This document shows positions 1 through 10,224 of a DNA stretch of 64,000 nt, one piece after another. Origin of the DNA: Candidatus Babelota bacterium (GTDB taxonomy: Bacteria > Babelota > Babeliae > Babelales > Vermiphilaceae); contig JBMOLF010000009.1 in the NCBI GenBank assembly GCA_049325595.1, forward strand, positions 1-64,000. Direction: 5' to 3'. Every line of letters starts with the position of its first letter. The first letter of the stretch is position 1. The translations under genes and the position numbers were made by a program. A model generated the notes under the pieces. It was not told the origin of the DNA. It searched no databases and saw only the letters and a program-made list of their open reading frames with translations.

Positions 1-136
1 CTGCATAACTTCGCTCGTTCAGCTGATAGCTTTTTAGTTCATGTAAAGGCTGCTCTCGCAGCCTACATGCTCAAAAATCTGAGCGAAGTTACTTTAAAAT
101 TAACAATTTAATTCACAATTCGACTAATATAAAAAA

Positions 137-1609
137 TTACGCAAGATGTTTTTTGAGTAATTCTTGTATCACCCGAGGATCGCCCTTACCTTTAGTTTTA
201 GCCATGGCTTGACCAACAAAGAATCCAAACATTTTATCTTTGCCTGACCTATATTGAGCAACTTGCTCAGGGAATTCTGCCAATAAATTTTTGATAATAG
301 CTTCGAGTTCTTCTGTCGAACCAATTTGCTCAAGGCCTTTTTCTTTTACAATTTCTTGGGCAGATTTACCTGTTTGTGCTATTTCAACAAATACCTCTTG
401 CGCAGAACGATTATTAATCACCCCTTTTTCTAACAATAATATAAGTTCAGATAATCGAGTAGGAGTAACTTTAAATTCAACAAGCGGAATTTTATGTTCT
501 TTTAAATACCCCATTACATCTCGCAAGATCCAGTTTATTACTAATTTGCTTGGTGCCAAGGCATATGTTGATTCAAAATAATTTGCAAGCTCTAGATCAT
601 CAACCAAAATATCAGCTTCGTATGCAGAAAGTCCTTTTTCTTTCACAAAGCGCTCAAACTTCTCAAAAGGAAGTTCTGGCATGTTTTTTTTAATTTCAAC
701 GATAAAATCTGGATGCAAAATAACTTCAGGCAAATCAGGATCAATCATGTATCGATAATCAGCCGCCTCTTCTTTGCTACGCATTAAAACAGTTTTTTTA
801 TTTTTTGTGTCCCACAAACGCGTTTCTTGCTTTACGCGTTGTCCGCTTTCTACCAATTCAATTTGACGCTCAATTTCATATTCAATTGCATCGCCAATAA
901 ATTTAAATGAATTAATATTTTTTAATTCGACCTTAGTACCAAAAGTAGTTGCTCCTTTTTTCCGTACCGAAATATTAGTGTCCGCACGAAACGCTCCTTC
1001 CTCCATATTCCCAGAGCAAATTCCTAAGTATTGAACAACCGACCGCAATGTCTTTAAATATTCTTTTGTTTCATACGCACTGGAAATATCTGGATGACTT
1101 ACTATCTCAAGCAATGGAGTGCCAGCACGATTAAAATCAACAAAGCTTTCATTGCTTAAGCCAGCATGAATACTTTTGCCCGCATCTTCTTCCATATGAA
1201 TTCGAATCAATCGAATTTTTTTAATAGAACCATCTTCAAGACGAATTGCAACATAACCATCTTTACAAATTGGTTCATCTGCTTGAGTTGTTTGATAGTT
1301 TTTTGGCAAATCAGGATAAAAATAATGTTTACGAGCAAAATATGATGGAGAAGTTAATTGGCAATTTGTTGCAAGTCCTGCTTTTACCGCATATTCAACC
1401 ACTTTTTTATTTAAGCATGGTAATGAGCCTGGTTGTCCTGTACAAATCTGACAAATATTTGTATTAGGCTGCTTAATTACCTCGTTTGCACAAGTGCAGA
1501 AAATTTTTGTGTTGGTGGTTAACTGAACATGCACTTCCATGCCTATAGTTACTTCATAATCAGGATATCTATCAAGCACAGAAACAGACTTTGACATATT
1601 GCGCCTCAC
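137..1609 (-). CDS. gatB: Asp-tRNA(Asn)/Glu-tRNA(Gln) amidotransferase subunit B
   Basis: IGMEVHVQL, RKHYFYPDLPKNYQ, HMEEDAGK, DFNRAGTPLLEIVS, RSKEEAADYRY motifs and C-terminal YqeY-like region. Confidence 0.98.
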   Translation of the reverse strand: MRRNMSKSVSVLDRYPDYEVTIGMEVHVQLTTNTKIFCTCANEVIKQPNTNICQICTGQPGSLPCLNKKVVEYAVKAGLATNCQLTSPSYFARKHYFYPDLPKNYQTTQADEPICKDGYVAIRLEDGSIKKIRLIRIHMEEDAGKSIHAGLSNESFVDFNRAGTPLLEIVSHPDISSAYETKEYLKTLRSVVQYLGICSGNMEEGAFRADTNISVRKKGATTFGTKVELKNINSFKFIGDAIEYEIERQIELVESGQRVKQETRLWDTKNKKTVLMRSKEEAADYRYMIDPDLPEVILHPDFIVEIKKNMPELPFEKFERFVKEKGLSAYEADILVDDLELANYFESTYALAPSKLVINWILRDVMGYLKEHKIPLVEFKVTPTRLSELILLLEKGVINNRSAQEVFVEIAQTGKSAQEIVKEKGLEQIGSTEELEAIIKNLLAEFPEQVAQYRSGKDKMFGFFVGQAMAKTKGKGDPRVIQELLKKHLA

Positions 1610-1687
1610 ATAGTGTTAGATAACAGAGCATCGATAGTTTAAAGTGTAACACTTTTTTGGTTTTATCATAGAAATAGGATTGTTTTT

Positions 1688-3202
1688 TTATTTTTTTTCA
1701 ATCTTGTATTGATGCCGCGGCATATCTTTTTCTGATAATAAAGTAATTTTACACTTATATGCTTTTTCAAGCGCTAATATTGCATTATATTCAACAGAGG
1801 TAATGTGTTTAAATATTTCGGAATTTAAAACTAACTGTACTTGATTGCCATATTTATTAGCCTTAAGTCCAACTTTAAGAGCGCGCAGAATAGCCTGGGT
1901 TTCAGTTTCTAATGAAGTAATAAACCCTTGCCCTCTACATGCATGGCATTTTTGTGTTAGCTGTTGATAGAGCGTAATACCTGACCGTTTACGCGTCATT
2001 TGCACTAATCCAAATTCCGAAATTTTTAATACCACTGATTGAAATTTATCACGCTCACGCAGATTTTTTTCAAAAAAGTGAAATAGCTTTTGTCGATTGG
2101 CCGGAACACTCATATCGATAAAATCAATAACAATTAATCCACCAATATTACGTAGACGCAATTGCCTTACAATTTCCTCAGCCGCCTCAAGATTGGTAGC
2201 TAAAATAGTTTCTTCTAGACTTTTTTTGCCTGTAAATCGACCAGTATTAACGTCGATAACAGTCATTGCTTCGGTCGTTTCAATAATTAAAGAACCACCT
2301 GATTTGAGTGGAACCTTTTTCTCAAGACCAGCATTGATTTGTTTTTCAATACCATAAAAATCAAATATCTCTGAAGGCCCTTCATAGTAATGAACTTTGT
2401 GAGTATATTCAGGAGCGATACTCTTAATAAATTTATAGATTTTTGACTGACTTTCTTTATTGTCAGTAATAACTGCTTCTACATCATCATCAAGATGGTC
2501 GCGAACAATTTGCAATGGCAATTCAATATCTTCATAAATACGCTCTTTTGGTTTTGCTGTTGCAAATTTCTTTTGAATGTTTTGCCATGTGTCCAATAAA
2601 AACGCCACATCTTTGCCAATGTCTTTGCTGCTTCTTCCTTCAGAAGTTGTTCTGATAATAGCACCCATACCTTCAGGCAATGCAGTTTTTACGATATCCT
2701 TTAAACGATGGCGCTCTTCCTTGTCTTCAATCTTTTTAGAAACACCAATACGAGGAATATTTGGCATTAAAACAATAAATCTTCCAGGTAAAGTAAAACA
2801 GGTTGAAAGTTTTGCACCTTTTTCGTATACCGGCTCTTTGCTAACTTGCACTAAAATTTGGTCACCTTCTTTGAAAATCTTGCTTATATCTAACTTTTGC
2901 TTCATTTTGGCGGTCGGCGATTCTTCCTCTTCATCAACTTGAATTTGACGCGAAATGCGTTCAATTGCCAAGTCGCGATCAATTTCAGAAATATGCAAAA
3001 AACCCGCTTTATCCTGACCTATGTCCACAAAAGCCGTTTGAATGCCTGGTAAAACCTTGGTAACTATACCTTTAAAAAATACCCTTTCAAGAGGGTGTTC
3101 GCTATGACCAGCAAAATAGACATTTTGCAGCTGGCCATCACGCAATATGGCAATTCTTGTTTGCCATATATCTTCGTTTATTAAGATTTTTTTGTTTGCC
3201 AT
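1688..3202 (-). CDS. rng: Rne/Rng family ribonuclease (RNase G-sized)
   Basis: S1 domain (VLPGIQTAFVDIG), IDVNTG and GGLIVIDFIDM motifs, CHACRG Zn-link; 504 aa without long C-terminal scaffold. Confidence 0.93.
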   Translation of the reverse strand: MANKKILINEDIWQTRIAILRDGQLQNVYFAGHSEHPLERVFFKGIVTKVLPGIQTAFVDIGQDKAGFLHISEIDRDLAIERISRQIQVDEEEESPTAKMKQKLDISKIFKEGDQILVQVSKEPVYEKGAKLSTCFTLPGRFIVLMPNIPRIGVSKKIEDKEERHRLKDIVKTALPEGMGAIIRTTSEGRSSKDIGKDVAFLLDTWQNIQKKFATAKPKERIYEDIELPLQIVRDHLDDDVEAVITDNKESQSKIYKFIKSIAPEYTHKVHYYEGPSEIFDFYGIEKQINAGLEKKVPLKSGGSLIIETTEAMTVIDVNTGRFTGKKSLEETILATNLEAAEEIVRQLRLRNIGGLIVIDFIDMSVPANRQKLFHFFEKNLRERDKFQSVVLKISEFGLVQMTRKRSGITLYQQLTQKCHACRGQGFITSLETETQAILRALKVGLKANKYGNQVQLVLNSEIFKHITSVEYNAILALEKAYKCKITLLSEKDMPRHQYKIEKK

Positions 3203-3393
3203 GTTTTTTCGTAAACTAAAATTTTTATGCCTATTTGTATGAAAGATTAATTAAATCTTAGAGTAAAAATTGAGGCTTATTCAATCATCTATTATAACTC
3301 ATATTCTTAAAAATGAGTAGAAAAGAGCCTAAAAACATGCTAAAGTCTTGGTGCATTCCTTAAAAAACGCTAAAAAACTGCAAGGAGACATCT

Positions 3394-4041
3394 ATGAACA
3401 AAAATTATTTATGCCTGGCTCTACTTATGGTTGGAATAGCCGGATGCGGCCGCAAACCTAAAAAGGCAGATCTAAGACCTTCGACAGATGCAGTAATCGC
3501 TTCGGAAATCGATATCCCTGTTGCCCAAGATGAAGTTATAAAAAGTTTTTATGACGGCGACTTAAATGAACTATCTCTTGCTGAAGACATAGATACTATG
3601 GCAGCACAAGACATGACAGAGTTTAACAATGATTTTTCATGGGTTGAAGATACAACTACTCAGCAAGATTTTAAAATAATTTATTTTGATTTTGATAAGC
3701 ACAACATTTCCACAGCTCAAGAGCAAAATGTTATATACGACATTGCTCAACTTAAAAAAATCATTAACGAACACGAAAAACACAATGAATCAGTTGATAT
3801 TAAAATAGTATTACAAGGTCACACTGATGATATTGGCTCAAAAGCTTATAATTTAGCATTGTCAGAAAACCGAGCAAAAGAAGTTAAAGATCGTCTTGTT
3901 GCAGCAGGAATTCCGGAAAAATATATTAGCCTCAAAGGAGTAGGCAAAGAAATGCCAGTAATGGTAAATGGAAAACCACTTAGCGGTACTCCTGATGAGC
4001 AATGGTTGAACCGTCGCGTAGAAGTTCAATTAATACGTTAA
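3394..4041 (+). CDS. OmpA/Pal-family peptidoglycan-associated lipoprotein
   Basis: Lipobox IAGC; IYFDFDK, GHTDDIGSKAYNLALSENRA, NRRVE OmpA-C motifs; AAGGAG RBS. Confidence 0.9.
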   Translation: MNKNYLCLALLMVGIAGCGRKPKKADLRPSTDAVIASEIDIPVAQDEVIKSFYDGDLNELSLAEDIDTMAAQDMTEFNNDFSWVEDTTTQQDFKIIYFDFDKHNISTAQEQNVIYDIAQLKKIINEHEKHNESVDIKIVLQGHTDDIGSKAYNLALSENRAKEVKDRLVAAGIPEKYISLKGVGKEMPVMVNGKPLSGTPDEQWLNRRVEVQLIR

Positions 4042-4061
4042 TAGATTAAAAAACAATCTAG

Positions 4062-4094
4062 AAAAAAAAGGACTCTCAAAAGGAGTCCTTTTTA
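4062..4094 (+). terminator. Intrinsic terminator hairpin
   Basis: AAAAAGGACTC-TCAAAAG-GAGTCCTTTTT just after the OmpA-family stop. Confidence 0.8.
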
Positions 4095-4111
4095 TTTATG
4101 GGAACTTTTTC

Positions 4112-4351
4112 ATGAAGTTATATCAATTTTTTATGTTAATTAACATTACAATGCCTATTATAAGTATGGATAGATCGTGCTGGTGTCTAACAAAACTATT
4201 TAATTTACATAAAGTAAAAACGTATAGTGCAAATCAACACAATCGCACTAAATCAAACAAGAAAAATTTAGAAAAACAAATTAAAGCACAAAAATTATCG
4301 GGATATGATCAATCTTTTTTTTATGAACCTTATTTTCCGGAAAAACCATAA
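4112..4351 (+). CDS. Small hypothetical protein with possible signal peptide
   Basis: 79-aa ORF filling intergenic space; hydrophobic N-terminus followed by S-MD. Confidence 0.5.
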   Translation: MKLYQFFMLINITMPIISMDRSCWCLTKLFNLHKVKTYSANQHNRTKSNKKNLEKQIKAQKLSGYDQSFFYEPYFPEKP

Positions 4352-4359
4352 AGGCTTTT

Positions 4360-4614
4360 ATGTTCAAAAAAATTTTTCTCTTTTCTTTGTTAGTATATTC
4401 TCAACAAAACAATGCTATGTTAAATTCTTCAAATAATAAGTGTGGATTAGTCCAATCTGAAGAGTATTTTTCTTTTTATTCTCCTCAGGATAACACCTTA
4501 ATCCCTCTTATTCAAAGACTTAAAAATAGCGATGAAGCGCATGATCATCGCTATTTAAATCTATTAACATTTAGCATCATTGGCAAACGTCTACCATTAA
4601 TAAGTAAGCTTTGA
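4360..4614 (+). CDS. Small hypothetical secreted protein
   Basis: MFKKIFLFSLLVYSQQNNA signal-like N-terminus; follows previous ORF by 8 bp. Confidence 0.55.
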   Translation: MFKKIFLFSLLVYSQQNNAMLNSSNNKCGLVQSEEYFSFYSPQDNTLIPLIQRLKNSDEAHDHRYLNLLTFSIIGKRLPLISKL

Positions 4615-4621
4615 TAAACGA

Positions 4622-5761
4622 TTAGAGCATTTGCCTAATAAATTCAGGAAATGCCGTTGTTGGATTCACCTTATTAAAAGACTCTAGCCTAGAACGCATT
4701 GTCAATCGTAATTCTTCATTTTGCAACCATTGCGTTACCAACACATTAATGTCGTTCATATGTGTTATACTGGCGCCAAATCCATGTTTTTTAACAAAGG
4801 TATGGTTAAACCGTTCCCAACGCAATAAGGTGCCAGTTGCATCAAACAACATTGGTAAATTCATATAAATTAATTCGGCAACGCTCACTGAACCAGATTT
4901 AGAAATAGCAAAATCAGCCATAGCCATATATTCTGCTATGTTATGGGTAAAACCAACTATAGTGTAAGTGATGTGTTCAGGCACTTGGAATGTTTCTATT
5001 TTTTTTCTTAGAGCATCATACTTGCCAATACAAATTATAATATGAAAAGCTACTGGCACCATGATTAATTGTTCAAAAAAACTAATTATGCTTGATGAAC
5101 CTTGTCCACCCATCATAAGAAATATTACTGGTTTATTAGCCGGAACTTGATGTTGTTTTTTTAATTCGTACTTATCAAGTGGTTCAAAAAATTTTTTTCG
5201 TAAGGGAAAACCCGTGGTAATAATTTGATAAGAAGTTAATCCTGATGCAGCAATGGTCGTTTTTATAGATTCATCATCTAAAGCAGTTGTCATCTTTAGT
5301 TTATCATAATTAATTTTTTTCATACCATTTATAAATGATGTCGCATCAAGATCGGTAGGCACTACTATAAGAGGAATATTACAAGCTTGAGCAGCATCGG
5401 CTAATGCACCATTAATTATCGGCACAACAGAAATAACTAAATCTACTTTTGAGTCAGTAATATATCGTTTAAAAATGGTAGTAATTTTTTTTCTACGTAA
5501 TGCAAAATACCAGGTGCCCAGTTGATACACGATATTTAATACTGAAAACCAACGACGCTTTAAGCAATAATTATAAAAAACTTGTTCTGCTTCAAAAGAA
5601 CCTCTGGTAATTTTTTTTACCACATCAATGTCATAAAGAACATGCATAAAATCAATACTTGCAATATCGTAACTATCTGCAAGATAATCTTTAAGTGCCT
5701 GCGTGGCTGCAATATGCCCCGCACCACCAGAGCTACTTAATATAATAATTTTTTTCTTCAT
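4622..5761 (-). CDS. MGDG-synthase/UgtP-like diacylglycerol glycosyltransferase (GT28)
   Basis: SSGGAGHIAA, PTD, TGFPLR, MGGQG, ISKSGSVSVAE motifs. Confidence 0.85.
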   Translation of the reverse strand: MKKKIIILSSSGGAGHIAATQALKDYLADSYDIASIDFMHVLYDIDVVKKITRGSFEAEQVFYNYCLKRRWFSVLNIVYQLGTWYFALRRKKITTIFKRYITDSKVDLVISVVPIINGALADAAQACNIPLIVVPTDLDATSFINGMKKINYDKLKMTTALDDESIKTTIAASGLTSYQIITTGFPLRKKFFEPLDKYELKKQHQVPANKPVIFLMMGGQGSSSIISFFEQLIMVPVAFHIIICIGKYDALRKKIETFQVPEHITYTIVGFTHNIAEYMAMADFAISKSGSVSVAELIYMNLPMLFDATGTLLRWERFNHTFVKKHGFGASITHMNDINVLVTQWLQNEELRLTMRSRLESFNKVNPTTAFPEFIRQML

Positions 5762-5796
5762 ATCATCCTAAGACTTATCTCATCCCCTAATTAACA

Positions 5797-7164
5797 TCAT
5801 TTACCAACACAAAACTCATTAAAAACCGCGTCCATAGTTTGCTCACTCACTGTTTTCCCTGTTAGCTCACTCAAATGCGCTAATGCGTCATTAAAATGTA
5901 TTGAAAGCAATTCATATTGTGGATTTTCCAACATATGCAAGATTTCATTAAGCTTGTTTTCAAGCGCACCTAACAACTTAAATTGACGAGAATTTAATAA
6001 AAAAGGGGAATCGTATTGCGACATCAATGAAATTATTTTTTCTTGAATCTTTTTTTCTAATGCATCAATACCAATCTTATTCTGTGCAGATAAAGCGACA
6101 CCACTAAAATTATTTGAATCAAAATCAACCACTTGGTCAATTTTATTGCAAACGGTAATTATTTTTGCTTGATGTTGAGCCAAGATTTGACTATATGCCT
6201 CTAATTCTTGAGAAGATAATAAACGAGATGCATCGTAAACCAGCAAAACAATATCTGCTAGAGCTGCCTGTTCTAACGAGCGCTTTATACCTTCTTGTTC
6301 TACAATATCATCGGTAATGCGCAGCCCAGCTGTATCAATAAGAGTCCAAAAAGTACCAAACCGAGTAACACTTGCCTCTATTGAGTCTCGCGTTGTACCG
6401 GCAATAGGGGTAACAATTGCACGAGCAGATCCCAATAAAGCATTAAAAAGAGAGGATTTGCCAGCATTTACCGAACCGACTAGTGCAATTTTAATACCTG
6501 AACGGATGTGCTGCTGTTTATCAAATGATTTTTTTGCACGGGAAATAGTTGTTAATATTTCAGACACCATTACTTTTATTTGATCGGCAAACTCTAGTTC
6601 TTCGTCAATAAATTCAAAGCTCGCCTCACAAAAAGCCATTGCTTTTAGCAACTGTTTTTCAATAATGCTAATCCAATGAGAGAAGCTCCCATCAACTTGA
6701 GCAAGTGCGCGTTTTAAAGCTTGTTGTGTTTGAGCGCCAATCAATTCATTTATTGCTTCTGCCTGTACTAAATCAATTTTTTTATTAAGAACTGCTCTTT
6801 TAGAAAATTCACCTTCTTTAGCCAAACGAGCACCAAAAGATAATGCAATATTAATAATTTCTTCAATAATAAATTGATTATTATGACAACTAATTTCTAT
6901 TACATCTTGACCAGTAAACGTTCTGGGTGCTTTCATAACCAAAAAAAGCACATTATCAATCGAATTACCATGTACATCTCGCACACTTCCATAATGTATA
7001 GTATGCGAGTCAACATCAACGATACGCTTACCTGAAGCAAGCTTTGCCATGCTATCAGCTATAACTAAAGAATTAGCGCCAGACATGCGAAGCAATGCAA
7101 TAGCTCCACTTCCTATGGGAGTGCATTGTGCAATTATGGTTTCATCATCATGAGCAAGAAACAT
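5797..7164 (-). CDS. mnmE: tRNA modification GTPase MnmE
   Basis: APRTFTGQDVIEISCH, GSVNAGKSS, GTTRD, DTAG, NKID and terminal FCVGK. Confidence 0.97.
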   Translation of the reverse strand: MFLAHDDETIIAQCTPIGSGAIALLRMSGANSLVIADSMAKLASGKRIVDVDSHTIHYGSVRDVHGNSIDNVLFLVMKAPRTFTGQDVIEISCHNNQFIIEEIINIALSFGARLAKEGEFSKRAVLNKKIDLVQAEAINELIGAQTQQALKRALAQVDGSFSHWISIIEKQLLKAMAFCEASFEFIDEELEFADQIKVMVSEILTTISRAKKSFDKQQHIRSGIKIALVGSVNAGKSSLFNALLGSARAIVTPIAGTTRDSIEASVTRFGTFWTLIDTAGLRITDDIVEQEGIKRSLEQAALADIVLLVYDASRLLSSQELEAYSQILAQHQAKIITVCNKIDQVVDFDSNNFSGVALSAQNKIGIDALEKKIQEKIISLMSQYDSPFLLNSRQFKLLGALENKLNEILHMLENPQYELLSIHFNDALAHLSELTGKTVSEQTMDAVFNEFCVGK

Positions 7165-7170
7165 TTAGTA

Positions 7171-7902
7171 TTAAACCTTTTTTCGGCTTTCAATTATCAA
7201 ACGCAAGCCACGCGTAGACATTTTAAATTTTTCACGAAGCACTTCATAAATAAGATTGCTCCAACTCTTAAAAAGAACTTCTTCTTGCTTTGGATCTTGG
7301 CTGATTGGCTCGCTTAACTCAACTTTTAAGAAATTACCACTAAAATGAGCGTTGGTATTAATAGATGGATAATCCATCATTATCAAAGTTTCTTTAAGCC
7401 ATTCTTGAGTAGCATCAACCATTTCTTGATTCCAAACTACATCTGAACGTTGCTCTCGCTGATCAATACGACCAGTTGAGCGTGTACGAAAATCTGATCG
7501 CTGCTCTCGTCTACCATCTTTTCTGTAATCGCGACGACTATCCTGTCTGCGTTCTGTTCTTTCAGGCTGCATGCCAACTTTTTCTTCAGAAGCTTCTTGC
7601 ACTGGCGCTGGGCGTACTGCTTGGCGCGCTTGTTCTGGACGACGCTCTCTTCTTTCAACCGGTTGGCGTTGCTCTTGAGTTTTTGGCTGTTTAGAACGGG
7701 TTGATTCTGCAGCACCTTGTGTTCCACTTGCGGGCTGATTAAAAAATAACGCAATTTTTGCCGCTTTAGTGGTTATTCCTAAAAAATTTTTTTGCGGAAG
7801 CTCTAATATTTTTACGGTAAATTCTTGTGGTTTACCAGCACGGTTCCAACAATTTTCTATAGCTTTAAAAACTGACGAAGCTTCTTCCATCATTGATTTC
7901 AT
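7171..7902 (-). CDS. jag: Jag/KhpB (EloR)-like protein: Jag_N domain, low-complexity linker, degenerate KH, no R3H
   Basis: N-terminus VKILELPQKNFLGITTKAAKI fits Jag_N; immediately upstream of mnmE, the usual synteny. Confidence 0.75.
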   Translation of the reverse strand: MKSMMEEASSVFKAIENCWNRAGKPQEFTVKILELPQKNFLGITTKAAKIALFFNQPASGTQGAAESTRSKQPKTQEQRQPVERRERRPEQARQAVRPAPVQEASEEKVGMQPERTERRQDSRRDYRKDGRREQRSDFRTRSTGRIDQREQRSDVVWNQEMVDATQEWLKETLIMMDYPSINTNAHFSGNFLKVELSEPISQDPKQEEVLFKSWSNLIYEVLREKFKMSTRGLRLIIESRKKV

Positions 7903-8060
7903 TAGTCAAAACCTTTTGATTAAATGTATTTTATCTATTTACCTTATGATGCCCAGCTGTAGCTTTCATTATGGGTGAACTCAACATGTAGATTGGTTTT
8001 TCATGAACTTAGCAAGATTTTAATCGGATGCCAAATTACCATTGGCCAGATAAGCATTAT

Positions 8061-8136
8061 TGGAGCGGGAAACGGGACTCGAACCCGCAACCTTTGCCTT
8101 GGCAAGGCAACGCTCTACCAATTGAGCTATTCCCGC
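8061..8136 (-). tRNA. tRNA-Gly (GCC)
   Basis: Reverse complement GCGGGAATAGCTCAATTGGTAGAGCGTTGCCTTGCCAAGGCAAAGGTTGCGGGTTCGAGTCCCGTTTCCCGCTCCA: cloverleaf, anticodon GCC, encoded CCA. Confidence 0.98.
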
Positions 8137-8210
8137 GTTGATATTTTTATAGAGTAAATGCTACCATGCTGGTGACTTTTGTCAATAAATCTCAGCGAGA
8201 ATATACTGTT

Positions 8211-8714
8211 TTAGCTCTTTTTCCTGTTATTTTGATCACCAAGGTCGGTATTTACCTGGCGAGTAGTAACAAGAGTTACTTTTTTTACATTATCTTTTAA
8301 CGGTATTCCCGACATAGACCTATAATAAATAAAGTTGCCGCCTTGCGGTTTTAATTGTGTACCAGTCCAAGTTAGTATAATTTTTTTGGGTCCACTTTCA
8401 GTTTTTGCCGCTTCGAAGCTATAAAGCTGCTCAATAACTGCTCCTTTTTTGTTGGTAAAAGCGATAATTAATTGGGTCGGCTGACTGGTTTTTAATCCTG
8501 CTGCTCGGGCACAAAGATTAATGGGCTGTTTAATAAAAACAGTTTTTTCTCCATTAATAAGAGTAAGGGTAATAGGGCTATGGCTCTTATTCTTTATTTC
8601 AAACGAATATTCAGCCACAGGAAAATAGAGTGGTTTTGTCTGGTCAACTTCCGTAATAAACTGGTGGCCTACTATATTTAATGAATATAACAATAAGACA
8701 ATATATTTCTTCAT
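8211..8714 (-). CDS. Secreted hypothetical protein, 'FELxNK...PQxG...GxxLxxNV' family
   Basis: Signal-like MKKYIVLLLYSLNIVG; motifs shared with ORFs at 21549 and 61509; start moved to the MKKY ATG. Confidence 0.75.
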   Translation of the reverse strand: MKKYIVLLLYSLNIVGHQFITEVDQTKPLYFPVAEYSFEIKNKSHSPITLTLINGEKTVFIKQPINLCARAAGLKTSQPTQLIIAFTNKKGAVIEQLYSFEAAKTESGPKKIILTWTGTQLKPQGGNFIYYRSMSGIPLKDNVKKVTLVTTRQVNTDLGDQNNRKKS

Positions 8715-8852
8715 AACGCACAAGTCCTTTTTTGTTATTAAGATAGCGCCTTGATAAACTTAAGCTCAATATTTGGTAGGTAAGCTTCATTGATTAAGTT
8801 ACCCAATCAGGGTAATACTAAATAAAAACAATTTAAGAAAAAGCAAACTGAC

Positions 8853-9449
8853 ATGATACACACTTTACAAGGCACGATCACCCATAAAACAGAGTATGCA
8901 TTAACTATAATGACCAATGCTATTGGATTTGCCGTAACGGTACCCAATCCAGATCTTTATGAAATTGGCAATACCGTTACATTTCACATTTATTTTCATT
9001 GGAATCAAGAGCAAGGGCCTAGCTTATTTGGCTTTAAAACCGAAATAGAAAAAAAATTATTTGAACTCATTATTAGCTGTTCAGGTATAGGTCCACGCAT
9101 TGGGATTGCTTTACTTGCCGCTATGAGCCCCAGCGAGTTTGTTGGCGCCATACAAAAGGGAGATGAATCAGCATTAAGTTCGGTAAATGGCATTGGTACT
9201 AAAAAAGCTGAACAAATTATTGTGGCCCTCAAGCATAAAGTAGCCAAGTTAGCATTTGAACCAGATTTTAAACGCGATAATTCAGGTGCTGCACGTCACC
9301 AAGTATCAGAAGTATTGAAATCTCTTAATTATTCCAAAACAGAAATACATGCTGCCATGAATTACTTACAAGAACCGGGAATAAGCGAAGCTACCACATT
9401 TGATGCGCTCATGCGCAAAGCATTAGCATATTTAGCAAAAAAAACATAA
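8853..9449 (+). CDS. ruvA: Holliday junction branch migration protein RuvA
   Basis: LFGF, HhH motifs SGIGPRIG and VNGIGTKKAEQI, C-terminal LKSLNY..E domain. Confidence 0.95.
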   Translation: MIHTLQGTITHKTEYALTIMTNAIGFAVTVPNPDLYEIGNTVTFHIYFHWNQEQGPSLFGFKTEIEKKLFELIISCSGIGPRIGIALLAAMSPSEFVGAIQKGDESALSSVNGIGTKKAEQIIVALKHKVAKLAFEPDFKRDNSGAARHQVSEVLKSLNYSKTEIHAAMNYLQEPGISEATTFDALMRKALAYLAKKT

Positions 9450-9474
9450 AAAAAGCCCGCAAAAAGCGGGCTTT
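9448..9474. terminator. Bidirectional terminator
   Basis: AAAGCCCGC-AAAAA-GCGGGCTTT between convergent genes. Confidence 0.8.
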
Positions 9475-9477
9475 ACA

Positions 9478-10224
9478 TTACGCTTGTAATATTTTTAGTA
9501 AATTGGCATTAAGTTTTTGTTTGATTTCTTCATACATTTTGGCTTGAAGATGATCTTTTTCTACTTCAAGTTGCTGTGAATGAGCCTCTATTATTTTTAT
9601 TAGATTCTCATTAAAAGCAAAATCCATGTCGTTTGATTGTTTGAGGTATGAAGCTGCCTCATCAGATATTTTTGCAACTAATTGGTATTTATTGAGACGA
9701 TTTTCTTTTAAAACATTGATTAAATTTGTTTTAGATTCTTCATCTTCAGCTCGTTTTATTTGTTTCTGTATTCGCGTAAAAAGAAAATCTTTTTTATTAA
9801 TTTCATTATGCAACCCAACAATTTCTTCCTTTTTATTGCCGCCGGAATACCAATTGAAAACCTTTAATGCAAGCAATTGCTCCCCTAACATAAGCTTTTG
9901 TGAAACAGATTGACTGACATAAGTATGCAGCCCTAAATAAGCTCCTTGCTCGCCAATTTCTTTAATATTTTTCCATACCGACACAATCGGATTCGCTTTG
10001 GGATAATGATAATTATGTATAGTAGGGGAACCAACTTGTACATAGGGATTGTTACACTTAAATTCTTTCACTGTCTTAAATTGAGCATTAACAACATGAT
10101 CGGTAATAATATGATTAAAAGTTTCTTTGCCTGCTGAAGCTTCATGATTTGTATTATTTTCCATAGAGCTTCCAGTAAAAACTATTAATCCGCATAGCGC
10201 AGTAGTCAAAAATATTTTTTTCAT
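9478..10224 (-). CDS. Secreted hypothetical protein, coiled-coil-rich C-terminus
   Basis: Signal MKKIFLTTALCGLIVFTGSS then MENN; 4-bp overlap with ybeY stop. Confidence 0.75.
   Translation of the reverse strand: MKKIFLTTALCGLIVFTGSSMENNTNHEASAGKETFNHIITDHVVNAQFKTVKEFKCNNPYVQVGSPTIHNYHYPKANPIVSVWKNIKEIGEQGAYLGLHTYVSQSVSQKLMLGEQLLALKVFNWYSGGNKKEEIVGLHNEINKKDFLFTRIQKQIKRAEDEESKTNLINVLKENRLNKYQLVAKISDEAASYLKQSNDMDFAFNENLIKIIEAHSQQLEVEKDHLQAKMYEEIKQKLNANLLKILQA

Noticed and set aside
7975..8157. 60-aa plus-strand ORF
   Set aside because: Antisense to tRNA-Gly; shadow ORF
8061..8850. Integrative element at tRNA-Gly
   Set aside because: No integrase and no duplicated tRNA 3' end seen; flanks are housekeeping genes
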